Origin: a virus
Taxonomy: Duplodnaviria; Heunggongvirae; Uroviricota; Caudoviricetes
Direction: 5' to 3' (one strand)
Virus record (IMG/VR): IMGVR_UViG_3300045988_022899
Location: 1-31,131 of that record
Length of the DNA stretch: 31,131 bases
The translations under genes and the position numbers were made by a program. Position 1 is the stretch's first letter. The number at the start of each line of letters is the position of its first letter. Positions 1 to 7,237 of this stretch are shown one piece after another. The notes beneath the pieces were generated by a model that had not been told where the DNA came from, did not search any database, and saw nothing but the letters and a program-made list of their open reading frames with translations.

Positions 1-756
1 TAGAACACCATCACCGGAGAAGCGTGAAATATCTATTTTCGATGCATCAACTATATATTCCCCTGCAGGAACATGAACAATTTTAGAGTTTAACTGTGCA
101 TTTATAAAAGCATTTGTATCATCATTAATTAAGTCTGCTTTTGCCCCAAAATCCTTTACGCTATAAACGTCACGCATCTTATCCTGGAACGTTCGGTATA
201 CTGCTCCAGAACCATACTGAATAAACCATCCGAAACCACCGACAACACCAGCAATTGCAGCATCCACATACTTACGCATTGAACGATTATTTACAGCATC
301 CTGCTCAAATGATGGATCTGCAAGGTTAGAAATTTTGTTTTGCTTTGCATCGTAATATTTTGCAAGCAACGAGGGCTTCATCAATGCACGTCTGAACCAC
401 CCAAAACATCGCTGGATCAGCATCGTCAGGTAGTCAAATGCATCCTCATGAACTTCGGGGAAAAATTTTCCCTGATTGCGAAGATCAGTCTCCTGCACCA
501 CATCAAGCACACGCTCTATCGTAATTCGCCAGCCAGCAGCAAGAGGCGACGGAAGAACCACTTCACCGCCACTATAAGTGCCCGCTCCAGTTACCTTATA
601 ACCGGTATCAAGCACCAATTCTGTTATGTTCCCGTTCAGATCAGACACCTGAACAACCAGGTCGGATTTTTTGAAAATACGGAAGGTATACGGAAATGAT
701 GTCGTAACGCCGTTACCTGTGTATTCGTTGTGGTCAACTTCGGTTGAGACCGTCAT
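1..756 (-). CDS. Tail fiber/tailspike, N-terminal 252 codons (gene continues beyond window start)
   Basis: ATG at 756 with GGAG RBS; minus-strand frame open to position 1. Translation MTVSTEVDHNEYTGNGVTTSFPYTFRIF... resembles the T7 gp17-type tail-fiber N-terminal domain; the last residues in the window (VKDFGAKADL...VHVPAGEYIVD) look like the start of a beta-helix enzymatic domain. Confidence 0.75.
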   Translation of the reverse strand, partial: MTVSTEVDHNEYTGNGVTTSFPYTFRIFKKSDLVVQVSDLNGNITELVLDTGYKVTGAGTYSGGEVVLPSPLAAGWRITIERVLDVVQETDLRNQGKFFPEVHEDAFDYLTMLIQRCFGWFRRALMKPSLLAKYYDAKQNKISNLADPSFEQDAVNNRSMRKYVDAAIAGVVGGFGWFIQYGSGAVYRTFQDKMRDVYSVKDFGAKADLINDDTNAFINAQLNSKIVHVPAGEYIVDASKIDISRFSGDGVL

Positions 757-860
757 GTTAAATCTCCAGATAGTCGCAGCACCCGTTGCGCCGCATATGT
801 GGTTATTCTATTACCTGAAAAACCACATATGGATAGAAAGACTGTGAATATGAATAGATA

Positions 861-875
861 TTACCTTTCAGGTGA
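861..875. promoter_or_regulatory. Operator-like palindrome TTACCTTTCAGGTGA (one mismatch to the recurrent motif)
   Basis: Seen in sequence; lies in the divergent intergenic region between the tail fiber start and the LexA-boxed gene. Confidence 0.4.
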
Positions 876-912
876 TTTGCAAAACGTGCTGGATAGCAAA
901 CAAATTATTTGA

Positions 913-932
913 TACTGTATAAATATACAGTT
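913..932. promoter_or_regulatory. LexA (SOS) box TACTGTATAAATATACAGTT
   Basis: CTGT-N8-ACAG with an AT-rich spacer, close to the E. coli LexA consensus TACTGTATATATATACAGTA; 20 bp upstream of the ATG at 952. Confidence 0.8.
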
Positions 933-951
933 ATTGCATGGAGAAGATAAG

Positions 952-1209
952 ATGCAGCAGTATCACTATCCACTGGAAGACGGATTTACCGAAAGGATTC
1001 ACACGCCGGGAGGCGTCAGGTCACTGGTGGAGGGATCGCACTTGATGAAATTACTCCGGGATCTCGATAAGGATGGATTTAATGTCGATGGCCCACTTGC
1101 CGAACTGACTGCACTGATTAACTACGTCACCAGCTCACAGATGTCTATGCGGGATCTGCAAACACATCTCGACTATTGTGCCGAACAATTACGAAAACAA
1201 ACCCGGTAA
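952..1209 (+). CDS. Small antirepressor-like protein (paralog of the Ant C-terminal domain)
   Basis: ATG at 952 with GGAGA RBS (the track ORF starts at an upstream TTG). The 85-aa product aligns with the C-terminus of the 2355-3041 product (shared L..LL..L...G.DV.G...ELT....Y......M.RD.QTH..Y pattern). Confidence 0.7.
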   Translation: MQQYHYPLEDGFTERIHTPGGVRSLVEGSHLMKLLRDLDKDGFNVDGPLAELTALINYVTSSQMSMRDLQTHLDYCAEQLRKQTR

Positions 1210-1215
1210 ATTTAA

Positions 1216-1233
1216 AGGCCGCAAGAGCGGCCT
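1216..1233. terminator. GC-rich hairpin between convergent genes (possible bidirectional terminator)
   Basis: AGGCCGC-AAGA-GCGGCCT stem-loop sitting between the stop at 1209 and the stop at 1232. Confidence 0.45.
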
Positions 1234-1960
1234 ATCGTTTCGCTTTGTGCTCATCCCAGCACGTTTTGCACCATGCCATTAAGCCGTCCGCATTTTGATT
1301 ATTAGGGTAAAAGCTGGTTCGTTTTCTGCGGACATTACAAATTGGGCACCACTTCATATGGCGTGTATTCTTTGGGCCATCGAGACACCTTGCACACCAT
1401 TTAGTCAATCCATCTGGATTTTTTGACGATTTCCTGAATTTTTCATATGGAAGGTTTATTCTGCATCGCAAGCACTGCTTGCTACCACTTGAAACTCTGT
1501 TAGCTGATTCTTCTTTTGGCGGCGATACAGAAGGTATTCTTGCTGGCTCTGATATTGCCTGAGGTGCTTTTTTAGATGACTGAGACGATATGTCATCACC
1601 AGGGAATCTTCCATGATATGCCGGACGCGTTGACACTCCAGGTGGAATCTCAGCTGTAAACGGCTTTGGCTGAATCAGTTGCCTCTCTTTTGCTAACTCC
1701 TGCTGTTTATAATATGTCTGGATTACCGCACTATCATAAGCAGGAGGTGCGGAAATATTAGGCGCATTACCTCCAGTTTTTTGAAACTGAGTAGAGGTGT
1801 GTTCTATCACCTGTGTACGATTAATCGTTATCTCCCCATCTTCGGTCTTTATCGTTTTGTTATGATTAACGACCGTACGATCAGAGATCTTAGTCTTGTT
1901 CTGGTTGATAACGTAAATAATCACCGCAACCACACCAACAACTATCCAGAAAACTTCCAT
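1232..1960 (-). CDS. Membrane-anchored protein with C-terminal tandem Cys-rich (zinc-ribbon-like) repeats; function unknown
   Basis: ATG at 1960 with GAGGAA RBS. N-terminal hydrophobic helix (VFWIVVGVVAVIIYVI), Pro/Ser-rich linker, then two similar CxxC...DGL..WC..C units. Confidence 0.65.
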   Translation of the reverse strand: MEVFWIVVGVVAVIIYVINQNKTKISDRTVVNHNKTIKTEDGEITINRTQVIEHTSTQFQKTGGNAPNISAPPAYDSAVIQTYYKQQELAKERQLIQPKPFTAEIPPGVSTRPAYHGRFPGDDISSQSSKKAPQAISEPARIPSVSPPKEESANRVSSGSKQCLRCRINLPYEKFRKSSKNPDGLTKWCARCLDGPKNTRHMKWCPICNVRRKRTSFYPNNQNADGLMAWCKTCWDEHKAKR

Positions 1961-1980
1961 TGCTTTTCCTCACAATAACA

Positions 1981-1995
1981 TTACCTTAAAGGTAA
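1981..1995. promoter_or_regulatory. Operator palindrome TTACCTTAAAGGTAA
   Basis: Perfect 6-3-6 inverted repeat; identical copy at 3108-3122; a degenerate copy follows at about 2000-2013. Confidence 0.55.
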
Positions 1996-2073
1996 TATCT
2001 TGCTTTCAGGTGATCAAGCGTTAAACGCAATCAACCAAATACGGTTGATTTTAATGTTTCTTCGCGCTTATCA

Positions 2074-2088
2074 TTACCTTTACGGTAA
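2074..2088. promoter_or_regulatory. Operator palindrome TTACCTTTACGGTAA in the ant leader
   Basis: TTACC-N5-GGTAA motif, seen in sequence. Confidence 0.45.
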
Positions 2089-2354
2089 ATTTACATCGCA
2101 CTCCTCTTGTGCCATAGTAATCGGGCACTGGCAAAATCCAGTGCCGGGATTGGCGTCCCGGATTACTACAGAGGCACATATGCCGCATAAGCGGTTTTTT
2201 TATGTGTAAAGCGCACCTATTCTATGGTGGGCTGTGTGGGGGCACCGAAAGGTGCGCCGGGTCCTTTGTAGCCGGTTACGCCAACCCTGCACAGTTCACC
2301 ACCAACCGATTGGCGTCGGTAGTGGTGATTAACCTAACTACAAAGGTGATCACT

Positions 2355-3041
2355 ATGACTGCTAACGTAACCCCATCTGTTTTTCATTTTGAATCAGAAG
2401 CAACCATTCGAGCCATTGTTATTGATGGAAATCCTTGGTTTGTTGCCAAAGACGTTATTAAAGCTCTTCAACTGACAAACCCCACTATGTCAATAAAATC
2501 TCTTGATGATGATGAAAGGGCTAAATTTAACTTAGGCCGTCAAGGCGAAACCAATATTATCAACGAGTCAGGCCTCTACACACTGATCCTCCGCTGCCGC
2601 GATGCGGTGACACCAGGCACTATCCCCTACCGCTTTCGTAAATGGGTTACAGGTGAGGTTCTTCCTCAGATCCGCCGCACCGGAAGTTACATTAAAAACT
2701 CGCTCCCGCAGGAAGAACGCATAAAGATGGTTGCCGACCAGGTAGCCAACGCCACGGCGTCAGCAGTGATGCAGGCGATGAAGATAGAGAACAAAACCTA
2801 CAGTGCCCCACTGAAGCCCGGCTACCGCAGTCTGATTCATTCTCCGTCTGGTGTTCTCGGCCTGACGGAGAACTCACTGCTGATGAATCTGCTGAACCAG
2901 TTACAGGAAGACGGGCACGACGTATCGGGCGCGGCGGCGGAGTTGACCACCATGTTCTGCTACATCGTCGGTGTGAGCAAATGCCTGCGTGATATCCAGA
3001 CGCACGCGGAGTACATCAACGACAAGGCAGGGTTCTTCTGA
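2355..3041 (+). CDS. ant: Phage antirepressor (Bro-N domain N-terminus plus C-terminal antirepressor domain)
   Basis: ATG at 2355 with AAGGTGA RBS; the track ORF has a 51-codon upstream extension. N-terminus FHFESEATIRAIVIDGNPWFVAKDVIKAL...ESGLYTLILRCR...VLPQIRRTG matches the Bro-N/antirepressor pattern from memory. Confidence 0.8.
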   Translation: MTANVTPSVFHFESEATIRAIVIDGNPWFVAKDVIKALQLTNPTMSIKSLDDDERAKFNLGRQGETNIINESGLYTLILRCRDAVTPGTIPYRFRKWVTGEVLPQIRRTGSYIKNSLPQEERIKMVADQVANATASAVMQAMKIENKTYSAPLKPGYRSLIHSPSGVLGLTENSLLMNLLNQLQEDGHDVSGAAAELTTMFCYIVGVSKCLRDIQTHAEYINDKAGFF

Positions 3042-3107
3042 CGAGCGGCGGCACAGGGATGTGCCTTTAAAATAATCATTGGCGATGTGATGTAGATTCG
3101 CGTAATA

Positions 3108-3122
3108 TTACCTTAAAGGTAA
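3108..3122. promoter_or_regulatory. Operator palindrome TTACCTTAAAGGTAA
   Basis: Identical to the 1981-1995 site; 43 bp upstream of the ATG at 3165. Confidence 0.55.
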
Positions 3123-3164
3123 ACCTGTTTTTATTTTATACCTGTAACTTACCGGAGATTAAAG

Positions 3165-3491
3165 ATGACAAAACTTGGATTCGTGATGAGAGGTCCGGTA
3201 AGAAGCGGAACTCATGCAAAGCGTAGCAAGAGTCGTATTTTTACTGGTAAGGTTGTAGCACGTAAATCAGCTATTGGCTCGTTCAATAGTGAAAATGCGG
3301 CATTGCGCCATATTTTTATCAGCACAAAGCCAAGAGCATCCGCTGATGTGCATACAATGTCTATTCCTATCACAAAGAATATAAAGCGGATAAAAAAGCT
3401 CTCATCTGCAGAATCAAAAGAGATATCTTTCCGCCAGCTTAACTCATTAGAAACGCATATGAAGGAAGAGGAATTCGATGTTTTTGAGTGA
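3165..3491 (+). CDS. Small basic protein, first gene of a coupled pair (candidate antitoxin/partner)
   Basis: ATG at 3165 with GGAGA RBS; Lys/Arg-rich N-terminus and acidic C-terminal tail; its stop overlaps the downstream start by 14 nt. Confidence 0.55.
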   Translation: MTKLGFVMRGPVRSGTHAKRSKSRIFTGKVVARKSAIGSFNSENAALRHIFISTKPRASADVHTMSIPITKNIKRIKKLSSAESKEISFRQLNSLETHMKEEEFDVFE

Positions 3492-3990
3492 GTATAGCGG
3501 GAAGGTTATACCTACTGGTGAGTTTAAAACTGATGACTTTCTGATTTCGCTAAAAGATGCTTTTAAACAACACTGGCGTCATGGTCATCATCCTGATCTG
3601 GGAAAAGATACTCTTTTTGAAAGACCAGACGAAGTATTAGGCTTCCATCTCAGAAAGGTTCATGTCAATATTGGTGAATATGCATCATATTCATACTCAT
3701 GTACTGAACAGTGTTGGGATGAGTGGTCATATGGATTGATTGATGAACAAGGAAATTACAGGCCAAAACCAACCAGTAACGCATATCTCATATATGCAGT
3801 CAATGAAATAAGAGATGCAGCCTTACTAGCTTATTGGGACCCGCCCGCACACACCAAAGCTAACGCAAAAGTTTGGATGGATTCCGTATTGAATTTCACA
3901 AAATTATTTCATGAACGAACGAATACAGCCCCACTTAGTAGAAATGTTTATCCGTGGGATTATTCGTACAAATCCAAAAAGCCTGCATAG
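3478..3990 (+). CDS. YafO-like toxin-domain protein (putative ribosome-dependent mRNA interferase)
   Basis: ATG at 3478 with GGAAGAGG RBS. Motifs HPDLGKDTLF, LRKVHVNI and AALLAYWDPPAH resemble the YafO-family FGRD / HIHL / LLLAIL.P.H pattern as recalled; not database-verified. The locus is AT-rich. Confidence 0.45.
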   Translation: MFLSEYSGKVIPTGEFKTDDFLISLKDAFKQHWRHGHHPDLGKDTLFERPDEVLGFHLRKVHVNIGEYASYSYSCTEQCWDEWSYGLIDEQGNYRPKPTSNAYLIYAVNEIRDAALLAYWDPPAHTKANAKVWMDSVLNFTKLFHERTNTAPLSRNVYPWDYSYKSKKPA

Positions 3991-4071
3991 TAGTTTTTTA
4001 TGGACGAAACAAAAGTCAGTGCTACACTCATTGACGCCACATTGAGGTGGCTTATAGATGGAAATTTCACA

Positions 4072-4233
4072 ATGAAAAAAGCATTTGCTGCACTGTTCGT
4101 TTTGTTGTCTCTGGTAGCTTCAACTCAGGCCTTTGCCGGTCGTTGTCAGCACGACAGCGATACTGCCGCTGACGGCTCCCGCTGCGGTGGGCGTTCTGCG
4201 GATTCCCGCCCGGGTGGCGGTGGCATTCGTTAA
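4072..4233 (+). CDS. Small secreted peptide (signal peptide MKKAFAALFVLLSLVASTQAFA, ~31-aa Gly/Cys-containing mature part)
   Basis: ATG at 4072 inside the longer track ORF; typical Sec signal with an AFA-G cleavage context; followed by a hairpin. Confidence 0.4.
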   Translation: MKKAFAALFVLLSLVASTQAFAGRCQHDSDTAADGSRCGGRSADSRPGGGGIR

Positions 4234-4239
4234 AAACAA

Positions 4240-4255
4240 GGCCGCGAAAGCGGCC
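4240..4255. terminator. Hairpin GGCCGC-GAAA-GCGGCC; intrinsic terminator for the minus-strand virion operon
   Basis: On the minus strand the hairpin is followed by TTGTTTTTA; it sits between convergent genes. Confidence 0.6.
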
Positions 4256-4256
4256 T

Positions 4257-4268
4257 GTGACATGTCAC
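4257..4268. repeat. 12-bp perfect palindrome GTGACATGTCAC (copy 1 of 3)
   Basis: Seen in sequence; overlaps the TGA stop of the 4265-4561 gene. Confidence 0.6.
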
Positions 4269-4561
4269 GTTCCTTTTCTGAATGCTAGCCATTCGAAAAA
4301 TGATGACATTCCACCGCAGACAATAGCAAAGATGATCCCACCAAAGAAGAGAAGGCCAGCCTGCCACCACTCCCACCGCCATACATCCACAGCGCCAACC
4401 ATACCAACAATCGCTCCAACAAATGGAATATAGCTCACGATGAAAGCAATGGGGGCTGCAATTATCCAGTGCAATCCCCACCATGATTCAAGCCCAGCCA
4501 TAATTGCTGCCAACTGAAAAAGACCAACGACGATATAAACAATGAATCCTATAGCTTGCAT
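4265..4561 (-). CDS. Small polytopic membrane protein (~98 aa, three predicted TM helices); holin-like or superinfection-exclusion-like
   Basis: ATG at 4561 with AGGTGA RBS (the track ORF starts at an upstream TTG); strongly hydrophobic segments. Confidence 0.55.
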   Translation of the reverse strand: MQAIGFIVYIVVGLFQLAAIMAGLESWWGLHWIIAAPIAFIVSYIPFVGAIVGMVGAVDVWRWEWWQAGLLFFGGIIFAIVCGGMSSFFEWLAFRKGT

Positions 4562-4574
4562 GTAGTCACCTAAT

Positions 4575-4748
4575 TTACCCAGTAAAAATAAGAGGTCTCC
4601 CCTCAATAAGGCTTGCAACAAGAACTACTCCCTGCACAACAAAGATGAACCAGCAAATAGCTTGAGTCTGAGGGTTAAGAAAATATTTGTAGCGGTCAAT
4701 AAATAACAATCCACCAGAAATTATCACACTCAAAATAATTAAAAACAC
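4575..4748 (-). CDS. Possible 57-aa hydrophobic peptide (two TM-like segments), GTG start
   Basis: Open frame directly after the TAA of the 4758-7232 gene, with AAGGAAG overlapping that stop; absent from the ORF track; speculative. Confidence 0.25.
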   Translation of the reverse strand: MFLIILSVIISGGLLFIDRYKYFLNPQTQAICWFIFVVQGVVLVASLIEGRPLIFTG

Positions 4749-4757
4749 AACACTTCC

Positions 4758-7232
4758 TTATTGCGGAGTGACATCCTGTGGTCGCCACCAGTATGTCTGG
4801 TTAAACTCTTTCTTCGAACGTTGCTCCATTTTACGTAAATAACCTGGTGAAAAATACTCCTGCATCTGGTTAAAGATCATGTGATCGAGAGCCGCCTTCA
4901 AGTACCAGAGATTCGCACCAGGCATCAAACCTTTCCCCAGCTTCACCAGATCACCACCAGTCTGCTCACTCTTCCCTTCCACAGCATTTAACGGTATGCC
5001 CTGAGCAATCTTCACTACATCATCAACCAGACCAGCTACCGGGCCAAGCATCGACGCCAGCGCGCCGCTCCCGTACCTAGTGTGGTCAGAGAAAAGAAAA
5101 TCACCGTACAACCCAGCCCCGCCACCTTTTAAAAATGCATTTATCCAGAATTTAACCATGTGGTCACCGGTCATTTCCTTTGGATTTCTCCCATTAATAA
5201 GATCAGTAATCTGCATGGAAAGAGCACCAAGCATGGTTGTGCTTGCTAAAAACGTTGCTATATATGCTGCACGCCCACCAGCAGACGGCATACCCATAGC
5301 GCGTGACCAGTGACGCATAACAACCGAGATAGGGAACGATTTAAACAGGAAAACACTTCTCGTTAATTCACCTTTCCATGTTCCACGCTGAAGACCAGAC
5401 CCTACGAACATCTGCTCACGTGCGCCCGGTGTAATAACAGCCATATCAACTTCTTCAGTTACGGCACCGAGCAGTTTACGCATTGCCTCAAATTTCACGC
5501 GTTCAGGCTCACCAAGATGTTTAACTGCTGAATCAGGGATACGCATAATGCTTTCCGGTGTCAGCATCGTATTATTACCGTTCCCCCAGTCCTCCTGTTG
5601 CGCCAGCTTCCATACGCTCCAGTCTGTGTCAGTAATCCCTTTACTTTTCAGGATACGAAAATCAGAGTCATCGAGGCTACGAAGGTCTGGTGTCCGTGAC
5701 ACTACTTCTCCCAGGCTTCCCATCATGGTTACGCCATAGGCGCGCTTGTGCGCATCTGACCATGCTGTAAGCCCACTGGCACGCATTACCGCCGTTGCCG
5801 CCCAACGAGACACAGACGGCCCCATATTATCCATCGCCCAGCGGTTAACGCTGCCAAGTAGAGATTCCATCGCCAGGCCAGCGCGGCGCGCCCGCGCAAG
5901 CTCAGTACGGTTCGTTGGGTCCATAGCTTCAAGCTGGTTGCGAAATAACTGGTTCATTGGAAGGTTGGTAACCTTCGCAGACAGATACATGGTTCCAAGA
6001 TCAGAGAACGATGACAGCAACGCGGATCCGAGTCTGCTGGCAACCAGCCAGTTGCGGATATTGTCAGACCATCGCGCGATGTGGGGATTCGCTACAGGCT
6101 GTGTTTTTCCGGAAATAAAGTTGTACAAGTTCTCTGTTTTGTTCGCCAGACGCTCGACGCTACCGGTTTTACTCGGGTTAGCTGTTGCCGTTTCTGCCTT
6201 AACCTGATCAAGAAGGGAGCGGAAAACATGATCGGGGTTTGGACCATATGTTTCCACCAGAGCAATATCTTTACTGATACCTTCCAGGTGACCGACCATG
6301 ATTTCCCATAGAGAGCGATCGCCATAAAGTTGCTGATATTGCAGATAGGAATCTGCATCTTTGAAATGTATCTGTCGTGATGCATTACCACGGTTAGCAC
6401 GTGCGCCGGAAATTCGCATTCCGGTATCAGTAAGCTTATTCAGCCCACCAGTAGCGATCGTGTTATAAGCCTCTCCAAGAAATGCAGACAACTCGGCATC
6501 GTTCATCAGTTGTCCATCGGCTCGGGTATAATATTTGCGATCCAGCTTACCTATAACATCGCTAACCCACTTATCCTTTGATACCGCCCCAACCTTTTCC
6601 ATAGAATGATGTTGAGGGATCCCCCAGTTTTCGAGATAGCCAATGTCCCCACCAGCATCATTAAACCGGCGGCGCAGCAGCTCTGTAACTTCTCTCCACG
6701 CCTTAGCACCTTTTCTTGCTTTAGCATTGCCAGTATTTTGCCCCCGCATTTCATATACCAGGTCACGTACGCCCGCTTCATCTTCAAACAGACCAAAAAA
6801 GCGAGGATCAACTGCTTCGAATGCCTCCTGCAATTGACTCAATGCATAATCACGAGTGGCTTTTGTTCTGGACTCAACAGAGAGGAAATTCGATTTACCG
6901 TCTGCATTAAAAGCAATAGTACGGTTAAGAGCGCCAAGTTTCCCATCAGACCCTTGATAGCTATTGATAAATTTATCCAATCTCTGACGCGCGGCTATAG
7001 TGAGAGCCACACGACGTTTCTTTAATGCCGCTTCTCGCTGTAATTCTTCAGATGCCAATTGTGCTGCTCGATATAGCCGCTCTGATTCGGAAAGTTGTCG
7101 CCACGACATCGGGTCATCACGAGCAATGGAGCGCATATTTCGATAAATGCGGTCTTCAATGTTCTGTATTTCTCGCGCCGTTAAAGTGCGCTGCGCCGCC
7201 TGCTGGACCGCTTGTATACATTCCTGTCTCAT
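4758..7232 (-). CDS. Large internal virion (ejection/core) protein, 824 aa
   Basis: Last large gene of the coupled virion operon downstream of the gp14-like gene; called by position and size. Confidence 0.5.
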   Translation of the reverse strand: MRQECIQAVQQAAQRTLTAREIQNIEDRIYRNMRSIARDDPMSWRQLSESERLYRAAQLASEELQREAALKKRRVALTIAARQRLDKFINSYQGSDGKLGALNRTIAFNADGKSNFLSVESRTKATRDYALSQLQEAFEAVDPRFFGLFEDEAGVRDLVYEMRGQNTGNAKARKGAKAWREVTELLRRRFNDAGGDIGYLENWGIPQHHSMEKVGAVSKDKWVSDVIGKLDRKYYTRADGQLMNDAELSAFLGEAYNTIATGGLNKLTDTGMRISGARANRGNASRQIHFKDADSYLQYQQLYGDRSLWEIMVGHLEGISKDIALVETYGPNPDHVFRSLLDQVKAETATANPSKTGSVERLANKTENLYNFISGKTQPVANPHIARWSDNIRNWLVASRLGSALLSSFSDLGTMYLSAKVTNLPMNQLFRNQLEAMDPTNRTELARARRAGLAMESLLGSVNRWAMDNMGPSVSRWAATAVMRASGLTAWSDAHKRAYGVTMMGSLGEVVSRTPDLRSLDDSDFRILKSKGITDTDWSVWKLAQQEDWGNGNNTMLTPESIMRIPDSAVKHLGEPERVKFEAMRKLLGAVTEEVDMAVITPGAREQMFVGSGLQRGTWKGELTRSVFLFKSFPISVVMRHWSRAMGMPSAGGRAAYIATFLASTTMLGALSMQITDLINGRNPKEMTGDHMVKFWINAFLKGGGAGLYGDFLFSDHTRYGSGALASMLGPVAGLVDDVVKIAQGIPLNAVEGKSEQTGGDLVKLGKGLMPGANLWYLKAALDHMIFNQMQEYFSPGYLRKMEQRSKKEFNQTYWWRPQDVTPQ

Positions 7233-7237
7233 TTAAT

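Noticed and set aside
340-699. Plus-strand ORF of 119 aa
   Set aside because: Lies entirely antisense within the tail fiber coding sequence; no RBS and no protein-like composition.
2000-2209. Plus-strand ORF of 69 aa with TTG start in the ant leader
   Set aside because: No SD, starts inside a degenerate operator and spans the leader hairpins; treated as untranslated leader.
2202-2354. N-terminal extension of the ant ORF in the track
   Set aside because: The track start is a non-ATG codon far upstream; ATG at 2355 has a proper RBS and begins the conserved Bro-N domain.
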